NCBI RefSeq assembly: GCF_006345805.1
Contig: NC_042997.1
Coordinates: 202,988,001-203,052,000, forward strand
From: Octopus sinensis
Taxonomy: Eukaryota
DNA: 64,000 nucleotides
Direction: 5' to 3'
Of the stretch, positions 1 to 15,000 are shown in pieces (positions within the stretch are counted from its first letter, which is position 1; every line of letters begins with the position of its first letter). The position numbers and the translations under genes were made by a program. The notes beneath the pieces were generated by a model, which had not been told where the DNA came from, made no database searches, and saw nothing but the letters and a program-made list of their open reading frames with translations.

Positions 1-3000
1 TAGCCATAGCTTTACACATGAAATACTTTTTTTAAGTTTACAGTACACTTTGTTTCAGTCAGCTTGGTTTCTGATTGTTATCATTTGTCCTGTTCCTGGT
101 TATGTACATAGTACCAGACTAGGTTCCAACTAGAAACTCTTGTTTAGGAACTAATGTTAACAATGCTCTTATCCCCTAATCCATTGACACACTTTTCACC
201 TTATCCCTTGTGGACAAGAGCATTATTAATATTAGTCTCAAAGGTGCTTTATTCGAATGAAGCCTGTTATTGTACACATTTAGAAATAAAACATTTAGTT
301 ATAGAGATTAAACCAATTAAAACTAGATTTAAAGGATGCAAAAATATTTTATATGAAGCAATTTGTAGAAAACTTGCTTAAAAAAAAAACAACTTTTAAT
401 TAATTTATTCAGATAAATTTTTTTCTCATTATTTCTTGTTTTATTCTTCAAAATTTACCATTAGACTTCATATTACAATTAGGAATTTTTATTTTATAGG
501 CTCAATGAAATAATTTTACTTGAGTTTCTTCACGAAATAATGGGTTCCTATACAGTACTTCTCGTAGTGATTTCTTAGACTTCATAAATATAATCAAGGC
601 TAAATTTTGCTTTTACTATTATATTTTGAAGGCAGAGAAGTACCAAGCAAAGGCTTTGAAGTACTTAGCTATGTCCCTTTATGTGCTGGGGTCAAATCCT
701 GCCAACAAACTTTGACCTTTATCTTTTTGGTCAAAACCTAGATCAATTCAATTAACATCATCCTTCCTTCCAAATTCAAGGCCTTTGTGCCAGACTTGAA
801 GCACCATAATTGTAAGATATTCTCATTTATTATCCTCAGTCCTTTATAAACTGAATTATTTTCGTGTGTTGAACACTGTGTCTAGTGTCTCCAACTTATC
901 TAGCTGTCTTAACAACATGATATAATGGTTGATGTAAAGTAGCAGTGGTAATGGGGGTATCTGTCTTTAAAATAAATGAAAACAAATCTTCAAACTGAAA
1001 AATTCTGTCTGCAACTAGAAATTATTCTGATTTTCTTTACTTTTTCTTTTTTTAAATTCACTCTACATATTCCAAATTATCTGTACCATAATGTCCTCAA
1101 AACTGGAAATCTCTTCAATTTTCTGACTGAAAGTCTCATAGTTTCTGTAGAGGAAATATTTTTTTTCTTTTATTGAAAAAGACAGTGTCTAGCACAATCA
1201 GCTACTTCATTTTCCATGTTTCTGTCCTTCCTACTGTCTTTCTCTTCAACAAGGATTTCTCTAAGCATTATTTAAAATAATGTTCTATTTGTCATGCAGA
1301 TCACTTTACACACTCCTGTTCAACCGTTGTCTTCATATCTTTATCTTATTTCTCTCTTTCTCTCTCTCTCTCAACATTTCTCATTCCCTTTCTCTTTTTA
1401 TTCCTTTCTTTCATTTCCTTCTCCTTTCTGGCTGTTTGCCTGGCCTCTTTTTTAATGGGTCAGATTTTCTTTTCTGGTGTCGTTAAAAAAATAAAATCAA
1501 TTTAAATGATTATCGAAATTAATTAGAGAGTTGAATCCTGCAAACAGTATAAATGAGAATTTACTCCAGTAAATTATTTTATTGTATGTTTTTATTTTGT
1601 AAAAATATATAATTTAAAGTAATTTGCTCAGTGAAAGAACTTTTCTATTTTCTTATTTATGATGGGTAATACACATTAGCTTTTAATTGTGACGAACTTG
1701 TATTTAATTTATTATCAGCAGAAACAAGACAATGAAAATATCTAGTATAAGAGAAAAGAAAAGAATTATTCTAAAATTATGGTGTTCTCAATAAAAATAT
1801 CTTTTGCATGAATTTGAAAATTGTTTTTTTTTTTTTGTTTCTGTAACTGTGCCATTCCTATAAAATTACATGGCATTGATATTTTTGACACTGTTCATGT
1901 ACAATTGTTTGTTTATTCTTATATATTAAAAAAAAAAGAGAAATTCTGTGCTGCAAAGAACAGTAGATTGATTTCATTGTAATGTAGATAAATGTCTGCT
2001 CATCATCTTATGTAAATTGATACACCAATTTGTTTGTTTTTATATTGGACAACTCAAACATCACAAAATGTATTTTTGTTAACCTATAATACAGCCAATT
2101 TTGTCTTCCAGTTTCTATTAATATATATTGTTTTTCTCAGCAATAATAATAACTAGGATGAAGTTGAGTATTTCAGGATTGTATTTTAGTAAAAACCATA
2201 ACAAAATCAGCAACTTCATACTAAAGGTTACAGACACTCAGATATGGCCTGAAATAGGTACATTCTGCTATTTTGATGACATTATTGGCACTGTAGTATA
2301 AATCTTAACATTAGCAGCCTCATGTTAAAGCTTATGAACACTCAAATGTCTGCTGGAAGTAGGAATATTCTGTTATGTAGATGACATAATTGGCACTAGA
2401 CCTGAAGTAATTAGTAATATATTGACTAAAGTTATAGGGAAGATGAGAAGATTTTGGTAACAAAGGGGTTATCAGACAATATGAGAAATATGTTAAAAAT
2501 GTATTCAGTATGGCAGTAAAGTATGTTTAATGGGGACACTGCAGTGGTTTGAAAGGACTGAGTTGTTTAATCCCAGGTTGAGCCTTTGTTTTTAATGACT
2601 CCATCAGTGGGGGGAAAGGGCAATAAATATGACTGTTTTAAGGGCCTCCAAAGATGATAGAAGGAAGGTAGGAAATTGTCTTTAAACTGGAAACCTGACT
2701 AGATTACTTGCAGCAGAGTAACCTCCACTAAAAGTATCCAAAGGCGCAGGTGGTAGTGAACAGGGCTATAATCAAAGGCATTCCATCTGAGACCATCCTC
2801 CCTTTTGCTGTATCTAGAACTACATTGCTCAATCTAATTTGAGGGGAATTTGCTATTTCTTGATTTGTCTAATGATTGTGTCTATTGTTATTGAAGGAGA
2901 GATTGACATGACCCCACTGGAGAAAGTTTTTGAGGTCTCTGTTCATAAAGTCAGTGCAAGTTTGGTGTGAAGTGTCTTGGCTGCATGTGGATGGTACTTT

Positions 3001-6000
3001 GGTGTGAAAAGGGAAGAAGAGTGAGTGTTGTTGGAGTTGATGGGAAGTAGGTCAGTGATGTGAGGGACAGAACTGAGTCTTGGGGCACATCAGATTAGAT
3101 AGAGTATTGATCAAAGAGAGAGAGATAGAGAGAGAGAGAGAGCTCCATTAGTAGTGGTGTGATTGACATGTAGCTGTCAATCCAAGAGATGATGGAACTG
3201 ATATTTTACATGTTGCTAGATTTGCGTGCCAGACATGGCAAAATAATGCTTTGCTAATACTTTAATAGTCAGGTACCTTCCTGACTATTTGCAGCCCTTT
3301 CATATGGCATCTGGTCTCCAGTTACATGATATACCCAAAATACTTTATCAATCTACTGCCACTCAGCCTTCTTAAAAAAGTGAATATTGCACATTTACTT
3401 TCAGTTCATTTCTTGAAACCAATGAGAATGTAGGGGATTTGCTTGATCTGCTAGAAATAACAGTTTTAGCATTAAATCACACCATACCATCTTTACGAAG
3501 GAAAGACACTGCTCTGAGCATTTTACTTTGAGGACATGATAGCAGTACTCCATTATAGGTTTCACCTAATGAGGTGTAAGGGTAGGGAAGTATTTACTAC
3601 CCTTGAAGATGCAGGCTAGATTTTATGAAGCTTTGGCGATGCTACTGGTGTGTGCCTGTTGAAAGAAATCCTCAGCCATGGTAAGACCCAAAACTGTTAC
3701 TTATAGTGACATTAAAGGTTCTAGTTTTGCACTGTTTATGTTTAGATTTGGTAAGCTGTAAAATTAGTATAGTTTAGCATTGTCCACTCTAGTACCTCCT
3801 AATAGCCACATATATGTGGACAGAACTCTGGCTGTGCAGACAATAGTCTTAGGATATTGCATTTGATGCAGTGTATGGTTGGTTTGAGTAAATTGGTTTG
3901 AAGTTAGGCTAAAGGATGACATACCGAAGCTGTGTATAGTGAAATGTTTTGTTCCTCTTTAGATCTGCTTCATCAAAATTCATATTGACTATTCAACAAT
4001 AGTAACAACAACAGCAGCAGCAGTAGTACAAGTTAAAGTAGGTGCATTTGTATCAGATGAAATACAGAAGAAAATGGATGGAATAATCTGTTGTCTGGAG
4101 TAATTACAAAGAATAGATAGAAAACAACATTTTGAAATAAATAGCATTAAATCTTATTTGAAAGAGACAATTATTGAGGCTGCTTAGAGGACTGATGAAT
4201 AATTATTTTAGAAATAAATTTAATTAGTTGAGGAATGATTGTCATTAGAAGAAAACTTGTTGAAGGAGAGAGAGAGAGAGAAGATAGATGATACTGTAAA
4301 TTTATTACATTAGTCCTACCAGTGAAAATACTCTGTTCATTTGTTTCTTTTGCACAGTGTTAGTTTTATCCATGTTAGCATGGCTTAAACGAGAGATAAA
4401 TGCAGGAAGATTTTTATAGCTCAATGTTCTTCCTATCACCAACTCTTTCCTATTTTACAAGTAAGGGATTTAAAAAAATTTATTCTAGAGGAATCTAAAA
4501 GCACAGAGCTCACAGATGATTTATTGACAAGAAATGTTAACAGATGTCGCTGGTTGCAGCCTAGCCACAAATGGTGATGTTGCCATCTGTGACTGTAGCT
4601 CAGCACAGACAGTAGAAATGATAGATGCTCATGGATGCTCAAGTACATTTGTGCATATTCATTACTTTCATTTTCACTCCACTAAATTCCCTGACAGAGC
4701 ATTTGTCAGCTTTGAGCTTTGGTAGAAGATATTTTCCCAAGGAGTTGTGCAGTGAGAAATAACCTCTTAGCCACGCAGTGTTTATGTAATGTGTGATAAT
4801 TAACCTCTCTCCTTATATTTTTGGTTTGTGTTTTATATACTTGAAAGTAAATTTAGTTATTTGCATGTGTATTCTTAAAAAAAAAATTAAGCAGGTCTGG
4901 CTGTGTGGTTAAGAAACTTGCTTCTCAACCATGTGGTCTTTTGTTCAGTTACTCTGTGCAGCATCTGTGCAAGTGTCTTTTGCTATAGGCCCTGGTTGAC
5001 CCTGTGAGCGGATTTGGTAGATGGAAACTGAAAGAATTCAGCGTGTATGTGCTTGATATCACATGATGATTGTAAACAAGCATCACTGTCATACAAGTGA
5101 TGTTCATTTCTAGTCTTCTGTGAAAACATGTCTGGCTATGGAAAAATATTGCCTGGCTTGAAAATGTGTAAGGGTTGGTTACAGGAAGAGCATCTGAACA
5201 TAAAATCTGCCTCAATAAATTCTATGCAACTCATGCAAGCATGGAAAAAATGTGAGCATTAGAACTATGACGATAATGATCTGTTTGTACACTTCCTTCT
5301 TTATAACAATATACATAGTTTGCTTCCAGGTCAGTCTTTCTGGAAAACACTATCTTTTACTAATGTCTATACCTTGCACCCTCTTTCTCTCTCACCATCT
5401 TACTAATCTCTGTTATTCAGATTACATCCTCTATTTTAATGTGGAATCAACTCACTTCATTTGTTTCTCCCTTTGATACACATACAATAATGACTTACAT
5501 TTAAAATTACTTTTATTTATGTGTTGTAGATGCCAGGATCAAAATAAGTATAATAGACAAAATAAGTACTTGTTAAACATTGGGGGTTGATTTTAAATAC
5601 CAATATACTTAAAGGCAGTAGCCTAACATGGCCACAGCTTCTTTGACTAAAACCAGTAAAAGAATATGATTCACTAAATAACATTGCTTCAAACTGTAAA
5701 TTGATATGTCAGCCACATAACAATAGTTACTGTATGGGGCTGTTATGGACATGTATGTTTTTCCTCTTTTATGATTAATTTAAATAGTGTAATAAAATAT
5801 AATCTTCACATTTATAATTTGAATATAGTCCAGTATTTTCTCCTTTTTCGTTTGTCATATTTTTAAAATCAAAATAAGAATTTAGCTGCAATGTAGATTC
5901 ACTTATTTTAACCACATTCTTCTCAGCTAATGCCATCCTATACAATGGCTTGCCATAAGTATGTTGATGTGAATTATATGCAGTAGACTATCCTATTGCA

Positions 6001-6528
6001 ATTTTACTTTTCACTGTTAGCCTGGTTGGCAAGCTAAGAGTGGTGGTATTCTGTCACTTGCCCTAAATAATGGGATGGTGGAAAGAAGTATTTTCTTACA
6101 TGTCAGGATTGATTAGTAATTTCCAGTTTTGATTCAGCAAGGAGGAAAAATTACATTGTTATTCTTTCTTTTTTTCTTTTCTCTTAGAATTAATTTGAAT
6201 TATATAATTATCTAAAAAATAATTACATTATGTTTAGAAAAACTATTCTCGAATGAAGGTTATTTATATTTCAGTGTTACACGTTTGTTTCTTCTATATT
6301 CTGTAATTCAAATATAGAAAAGTTCAGACTTTCCCATCCAGTTGAAGATATTTATAGAAACAAATTTTATTCCACTTTGTGGAAGAAAGCTCACAATAGT
6401 TTCTGAAGCATTGATATTATTTTATAATTTCTAATAATTTTAGTTACAAGATATCTAATAATTTTTATCTGTATATTTGCTCACCCTAATCTTAATACTA
6501 CTAATCTCATGTTTGTTTATCTTTTCAG

Positions 6529-6703
6529 AGTGACAGTTGTCCCAGTTCAATTGGTTGTAGCTCCTCCACTCACCACTTGTCTTCATCTTCCCAGAACGTG
6601 CCATTACTCAATGGGGATCATTCCAAAAATGACATTTGCTCTGTGCGAAAAGAAGCAACCTTGCCTCGATTATCAGCCTATCCTGTTGTCCCAAGAACCA
6701 CAG
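6529..6703 (+). CDS. CDK14: CDK14-like kinase, first exon found in window (N-terminal extension SDSCPSSIG...YPVVPRTT)
   Basis: ttttcAG acceptor and GTATGC donor. Open frame whose phase-1 end joins the next exon in frame. No in-frame ATG, so upstream exon(s) are missing. Non-catalytic sequence, so support is from splice sites and phase only. Confidence 0.75.
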
Positions 6704-6926
6704 GTATGCAGTTTGAATTTTCTTATTTTTTGCTTTTCAGATGCAGGCATGGCTGTGGGCTGAAGAAGCTCACTTTGCAACCTTGTGGTTATGGGTTCGT
6801 TCCTACTATGCAGCACCTTGGGCAGGTGTCTTCTACTACAGCCACAAGCCAACCAATGCTTTGTGAGTAAATTTGGTAGACAGAAACTGTGCAGAAGCTT
6901 ATTGTGTTTGTGTGTGTGTGTGTGTG

Positions 6927-6958
<32 letters not shown>

Positions 6959-9900
6959 TTGTTTGTCCCCACTACTGCTTCACAACCTGTGTTGTTTGTT
7001 TACACTCCCATAACTTAGTGGTTCAGGAAAAGATATTGATAGAATAAGTGTAAGGCTTAAAAAAAAAGAAATGAAAAGCACTGGTGTTCAATTTGTTCCA
7101 TTAAGCCCTTCAATGCAGTGCCCCAGTGTGGCAGACTGAAACAAGTAAAAAATAAGATTTAAAAAGGTGTACCAACTCTTAGGAATAAGTCATTTAGATA
7201 CAAATATCATCTCGTCTGTTGTTATTTAGCCCAATTCAGACTTGATCAACTCGACATATTATTGAAGGCATTTCGTCCACAAGTCTCTCTGTTTTTATCA
7301 GGCATAGTATATCTTGGACTACATGTCTAATGTCCTTTTTTTTTTATTATTGCATACTATAGAGAGATTTAGCTGCTATTTCAAGCAATTTAAACACCTA
7401 CATAAAGACTTTCTTGTTGGTTCTCACTAGCCAGAACACTGTAGTTTCTTATGTAATCATTACAGTGAATATGGTATAAAGTTTAGTATTATGCTAACAT
7501 TATCTCTCTAATAATAGCAATGTAAGGTGCAGGCATGGCTGTGTAGTTGAGAGCCTTGCTTCCCAGTTATGTGGTCTTGGATTCAGTCCCACAGCATGGC
7601 ACCTTGGGCAAGTCTCTTCTACTGTAACCCCAGGCCCACCAAAGCCCTGTGAGTAGATTTGGTAGATGGAAACTAAAAGGAAGCTTATTGTGTGTGTGTG
7701 TGCTCTTGTCTACTAAATATCACATAATGGTTATTAATGAGCATTACCATCAAGCAAGGAAGGTTGGTCATTTTTCAGTCTGCCACGAAAAACATGTCTC
7801 GCTCTGGGAAAATATTATCTTGCTTGAAAACAGGTGGTGGTTGGCAGCAGGAAGGGCATCCAACAGCAGAAAATATGCCTCAACAAATTCCATCTAACTC
7901 ATGCAAGCATAGAAAAGTGTATGTTAAAATGTGATGATGACACTGATGATGTAACTTAAATAAAAGAATTGGTAAATTAATTTAGTTCTTCAAGAACTTG
8001 TCACCAATCATGCAATGTTTAAATTTTGATGATATGAAGCTCATTTTGCAATTAATAGGTAATGTTTGTCAGGTATATATTATTTAGCCAAATGTTGTTT
8101 AGAAGTGATTTGATTAAGAACTTAAATAAAATTTAAAAAAAACTTGGATTGATAATATATAGGAAAAAAATGTTGTTTTGTTTTTTGCACAATTTTTGGT
8201 GTGAGGTATTGTATTGGAACAGATATTGTTGTATCTTGGGAGGCTCCTTATTCTAATAATAAACACACATGGGTTCTATATTACTTTTATCATTATTTGT
8301 CAACTAAACCATTTAATTGAGTGATTAATCATTTGGTCAGTCCATCAACCGGCTTCATCAGAGTCCTTTCTTTGCTGTTCGTGACTTCGTCATTGACAAG
8401 CCCTCTCTACCATTCACACAAATATGCATATGCATGGACTTCTTTCAGTTTCCATTTACCAAATTCCCTCACAAGGCATTTGTTGGCCTAGGGCCATAAT
8501 GAGCTATGCAGTGGGATTGAACTTAAATCTATATGGTTAAGAAGCAAATGTAGGATGAGGTTGTGAATGACAATGAAAGGACTGTGATGAACCTGACTGA
8601 ATGATTAATTAAATCACCAATTAATCAATTGGTTAACTAGTTGACTAATAATAAAAGAAATGAAATAGAGCCAGGGTATGTTTATTATTGGTACAATGCC
8701 CCCCCCCCCGGGGGTACAACACAAAAAAGTCTTGTTAATTTGTCTGTAAAATCCATGTGGAATTATTGACAAATATCACTTGCAAAATTTCATTTTCCAA
8801 TATATTTTAATGGTGTAAGCTTGGCTGTGCAGTGAAGAAGTTCACTTTTCAATCATGTGAATTTGGGTTCAGTCCCACAGCATAACCCTGGGCCTACTAA
8901 TGTGATAGATGGAAACCGAAAGAAGCCTGTTATATATATATTATGTGTGCGCGTGTGTGTGCAAGTACACATATATGAGCATGCCTAGATGCATGTTTGT
9001 GTGAATGCTTACAAAACTACACTAAGCTACAGCTATGGATAGTGACTTCTGTTTCAGCTATAATTTGTGACATCATCCTTTGTAATTGCACTGCAACTGA
9101 TGATATTTGCTGACATCATTTCCTGTTAACAAATCATCTGCTAGCTCTGTTTTATTTGTTTTTTTTCTCAAACAAAATATCCCTTATTTTGGGTGAGGGT
9201 TGGCAACAGGAAGTGCATCCAGCTGTAAAAATCCTGCCTCAAATTTACTTCTATATGAGTCATGCTCGCATGGAAAAACAGATGTTAAATGGATGATTTT
9301 TAAAGTAGTAAATCATTTTACTTTTTAAGATTTTGCCTTTTGCACAACATAATACAGAAATTCCTGCTGCTTTAAAAGAATTCCTGAAGCTTTAATTTGT
9401 AGAAGATGGTTAGGATATTAGAAGACAGCACTGAATAAAGTTGAATGCAGAATGAAACCAATCTGGTGTGTGATATCTATTGACATTACAGTCATAATGT
9501 AAAAGATTTGGATTAGATTAGCAGATTATTAGGTAAATTTAGAGAAGTGAACATATAGGAGAAAAACATAGAAACTTAAAGTGATATGAAAAGTTTAGCA
9601 TGATTAGGAAGTGAATGTGTCTTTCTGAATATTGAACAGAATTTTCTGTAAGTTGAGAGGGTATCTAATGTTTAAAAAGTATTGATCTAAATTTGGATTT
9701 GTGTAGCATTATGATCTGTCTAGCTATTGAAGTGTTTGGCGGAAAGAGAAACCTGACTTCACAATGCTAATGTGTTTGTGACAGGATATATTACTTAATG
9801 CTAATGCCTTTCAAACAAAGGCTATTGGAATAATAGAGCTTTTTTTTTTATCTTATTCCTAATGGAAGATGATATATAATATTTGTTGAATATGTAGTAG

Positions 9901-11905
9901 TAGATTAAATCTTAGAATATGAGTATGTCTGCTTATGAGACTCAAATCAGAATTGATCACTAGCTTTCTTGACAGCAATTAGGGCTATTACAGATGTAAA
10001 GTATTTTGAGGAATTCTGCAGATAATAGATTAGATTTAAGGACAAAATGTAATCAGATATTAAAAAAAGAAAATCTTTGTTGGAAATGTTAAATCATAAA
10101 AGGTTTAAAATTTCAGAAGCAAAGAGAGAATAGCTGATAAATTAAATTAAATCTGAAATATTCAAATATACTTTAATCTTATTTTGGAAGAGTTTCTGAG
10201 TTCTTGCTGAAGGCTACAATGCACTTCATTTGGCACCATCACTATGGTATTGATGGTAAAGCCAATACATTTAAACATATCAAATTCAATTTGTTTATAT
10301 GCATGCAGACAATAGTAAATTGCAAACAGAATTTTGCAATTAGAAATTTACATGTTTTATCCACCAGACATTGTGATGTATATGTAAATTGTAGCAGAGC
10401 AGGTAGCCATATTAAGGCATGAGGCACTGTATTTGCAAATAATTATTTAATGTAGTACATGGGAAACATGAAATGAAATCAGGCCACTGAGGGTGGCTTT
10501 ATTATAAACTGTTGATCTGCTAGAAATAGCAACAAAATCCCTTTCATATTACTACTTTCTTAAAAAAAAAATGACATGATGTCTGAATAAGAAATTTGAT
10601 AATGTGGCCCTACCTACATAAGGTTGAGAAAGATAAAAGACAAAACGGTTATGAATGGAATGATGATGAAGCAGAGCTGGAGATAATTAATGAGCTGCAA
10701 CAGTTAAAATGTTGTAAAGATCAACATCCTTTCACCAGATTTAACATATTCCTGCAATATGGGGATAAGTAACGGGTAAAAGAAATATGTTTTGAATGAG
10801 TAGTTGCAGCTAACTGAATTCACAATTAACTGCATTTGTGAAAACACAAAAGTCTGCTGTCTTGTGTTATGACAAACTAGACTATACTAATAAAGAGAAG
10901 GCAGCTTTTTGTCTGTGACCCCCCCCACACACACACACACAGTTTGGTAATTGTATTTCTTATTTCTAAATGTTTGGCAATTACTGAGCTGAATATTTTG
11001 CTTCAGTAATAGCAGACCAGGATTATCCATCAAAGACATTGTGCTAATCTTACATGTTAAAACATTTTAGCTCACAAAAACCTTCTGTATTAAATAGTGG
11101 AAAAGTTGTGATAGTGTTTATACACAATGAAATGCCAACTTTTCCTTTCTCACATGGAATTTGTTAAGGAAGATTTTTTATGGCCAGATGCCCTTCCTGT
11201 TGTTAACCCTGTTTCTAAGTAAATTAATATTTACCCATAGCCAGATATGTTTTCACAGAAGATTGAAAGCAAAAGGTACTGCGAGTATGGCAAGGTGCCA
11301 GGTACCTCAGTCCTTTGTCATCTCACCTGAAAGGTTCAGCTTTTTGAGGTCATTCTTCAGTACTTCATTCCAAATATAACAGGCTTCTTTGAGTTTCCAT
11401 TTAACAAATCCATTTACAAGGCTTTGTTGGCTCAGGGCTATAACAGACATTTACCCAAGTTGCCATGCAATGGGACTGAACCCAAAACCATGTGACTGAG
11501 AAGCAAGCTTCTTAACCACACATCCAAGCCTGCACTTTCATAATTAATTAATGAAATTCAAGTTACTGATTGATATTTTGTGCTTTCCATATTTCAAAAT
11601 TATTACAAAATTTAATTTTTTTTTTTTTTAATTAAACTTATTTCTTTTCTAATGCAGGAGGATAACTACAATTTTTAAATGTAAATTGCATATACATACT
11701 AATTTATTTATAAAGTGGTGCTTGTGGCATTAACTTTAGCTGTATGTAATAGCTAATATGATTTGTATATTTCCCACACATTAAAATTTAAGCCTTCTTT
11801 TTGTTAATAATATATAGTTGTTTATTAGCAGATTTTTGTTTATCAATTTGTATTTATGTATTACTAATTTTTTATTTTTTCTCTTTTTTTTTTTTAACCT
11901 TGAAG

Positions 11906-12063
11906 TAAAAAAGTGGACCCCTGTCAAAAGACATCATTCTGCAGGTGACATGTTGGTCACTGAAATAGAGCCAGGTAATGACCTGGATAAAGTAGAACGT
12001 CCAAAGTCAGAAGGACATGCTTACACCAGGCAATTTTCACCAAAGAGAACATCTAGTTATGGG
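11906..12063 (+). CDS. CDK14: CDK14-like exon (VKKWTPVKRHHSAGDML...KRTSSYG)
   Basis: Long T tract then aAG acceptor, GTATGT donor, phases 1/0 fit both neighbours. RHHSAG resembles the RxxS phosphomotifs in PFTAIRE N-termini. Confidence 0.85.
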
Positions 12064-15000
12064 GTATGTTCATTTTATTGTAATATATGAAATATATCAA
12101 GTATCTCTTGATGAAAAGCTTCGTTATAGGTTGAAGCATCCCTGGGGACTAATCATTATGCCACTTTTATTTTTGTTTGTTGGAAGAGGTTTAGCCTTTT
12201 TGCTACCACATATTTCTGCTGAAATACCTTTGTTTCAATTAATTTTGCAATCAATGAAGAATTTAGTAAAATAACTTCGCCATTCTTAAGCTTGTGTTTC
12301 AAGCAAAAATTAACTTGAATTTTTGATGGAAAATTTTCAATTAAAATCACCTTAAAACAGGACGTTTGTATCACAGAACTGAGGGCAGTTTCAAGCAGGT
12401 TCGTATCAAAAGGGTTAAATATGTCATCTGAGTGGAGCTGAAGAAATAAATATTAGTCATATATCTTCAGTATTCAAACTGATTACAGAGAGAAAGAGAA
12501 TTCAGGATTGTTGCATGTTACATCTGGCTTCTTTGGTGTTGTAATATAAACAGTTTTGTTAGCATGAAATATATTAAAAAAAAAAAAAATCAGATGTTGA
12601 GTTCTTTAGAATTCCACTTCTTCAAAAGAAGTGTTTGCTAGTAGCCATGTCATGGTACATGTCTGTCTTCAAATATTTGAGCAAATTTTTTTTTCTATAC
12701 TGTGCTTTATCAAAAACTTTAATATATTTCTTTCATACTTTCCTTTCTGATCTTGAGCTTACAAAGAACTGTTTTGAAGCAGTGCTGTTTATACAAACTT
12801 TCAAAGTCAAATTTTTTATAAATTTTCATATAACCTATTGTGGTATGTGTTGTAATTATTACAATTTGTTTTCCAGATAAGAATTTAAGGAAATAACTGC
12901 TCTCTTTCCACCCCCACCCCCGTCTCTCTCTCTCCCTCTCTCTCTCCCCCCAGGCCATCCCTGATCAAAGGAGCAATTACTGTTACTGGGGTTATCTAGG
13001 ACTACATTGTCCTTGCTGTTTTTAAAAACAGTTGGACTCAAAAAGAGATTTAGCTGCCATTTCTTGTAGATCAAGTGACCACATAGTGGCGTCCATCATT
13101 GTTCTTTAATGATGATGATCTTTTTATGTTAGTTTTATGAGGCTTATAAAGATAATGAAATTGTTGAATTCCAAACATAATTGTTACAAAGAAACTTCTG
13201 TTTGAAACATTACATCATGTCATTTCAGTAATAAAATATATTAGACAATAAAGCTGATATAAAAATTAAATTAGTCTGTACACATTAATTCACTAAAATT
13301 TTTTTTGAAATATAATTAATTCATTAATAACCTATTTCATTGACTAACAACTCTACCAAACTAACCACTGGTTTATAATAAAAATAAAAGTAATGAGTAT
13401 TGATGAATATATGAGTGAACCAGCCTTAAGTGCTGCAAATCATCATCCTCATCATTTAAAATCTGTTTTTCCATGCTGGCATGGGTTGGGCAGCTTAACA
13501 AGATCTGAAGGACTGCATTGAGGTTAAGGCTGGGATGCTCTTTCTAATTTGGTGCTTACTTTCATAATTGCAGCACTAGTAAGACAAGAGAAAACTGTGG
13601 TAGGAATTTTTGTATTTGAGGGAGGAGGAGGTGGCTTTATGGCAGTATGATAGTCAAACACAAGTGTCTTTCTATAGAGAAGATACATGGCCACCCCACA
13701 TTATGTAAGGGTGGGTGGGAGTAGCTGGTGGTGTACAAGGTGATAGATGGAAGTTAGAGGTACATAAGGATGGCTATAGTGAGTGGGGTGACAACAGTAG
13801 CAGGGGGAAGGGCATCAGTGGCAGATATGAGAGGGCATAGAGAATGATGGCAAATATAAGAGGTGTTAAAGCTGCAATATGGCAGGCCTAAGTTGTAGCT
13901 CAGTAGAAAGGGAGAAGTAACTGAAGGTTTCAGAAATGGGATGATTAGTGAAAAATTGTGGGAAGAGATGAGAATGAGGGAGGGATGTTAATAGGAAGTG
14001 TTTCGAAGGGGAGGGGAGGAGGCTAATGGTAGCTCAAAAAAGGGGGTGATGATGAAATGTGTGCCAGTTTTGCTCTCAGGTGATTAAAGCAACTAAATAG
14101 TGCCACAGTTAGAAGAGTGAGACGGATGATAGTAGGAGAATGAGTTGTGGAGAATGTCTGATGGGATAGATTGGGTGCAGGGCCCAGCATATATAGGCAT
14201 AGATAAAATCTTATTAGAATCTCATTTTTTCCATGATGGACAGGAGCATAACAAACCATCAGTCTTCTCTAGAGAGTTAAGATTGTGCATAACGAACTAT
14301 CAGTCTTCTCAGTCCTTTGAAATTTCCTCCATGAGGCTCAAGATCTGAAGCTCAGCCTTCACTAATCTGTCTCATGTCTTTCTCTTCCCCAAGTTCCATC
14401 TACTTTCAGTGACCTTTAAACAAATGTTCTCATCCATTTGCACCATGTGGCCAAACCAGCACAGTCTTCTCTCTTGCATGCTATATCTGATTCTTCTTAT
14501 GTCTAACTTTTCTCTCATCACATTTGCATTTTGTTATACATGCACACTGACCACTGCGCATCCAGTAGAGCATGCTAGTTTCATTCCTCTCTAGTTTTTG
14601 CATATCCTCAGCATTCAGGGCCCATGTCTCCCATTTAGCATTGCTGTTCATACACAAGCATCATACAGTTTGCCTTTCATTCTGGAAGTGAGGACTTTTG
14701 ATGTCAACAAAAGTAATAGCTCTGAACTTTCTCCAATGAAAAATTTGTGGCATGAAAGAAATATTATTTGCTCATTATTTGTATATGTTTTAGGGAATCT
14801 TAATCAGTTTTGTATCTGGATATATTCAGTGTCATAGAATATAGTCATTTCAGCTATTTAGTCAGTAAGTTAACTGTTCAGAGCATTGTACTAGAGTATA
14901 TACTTCAGTTATGTTCTAAGTCTTGTTTTCTGTTGCATTCAGAGTTATCTCAATGTCCCAGGTGAATAACAGCTTATTTAGATAAGCAGTTCTAGTTATG

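Noticed and set aside
13600-14250. Purine-rich tracts (also about 2900-3250, 34190-34440, 42020-42560, and the pyrimidine-rich 15180-15850)
   Set aside because: Probably very old LINE relics; too decayed for me to assign a family or boundaries.
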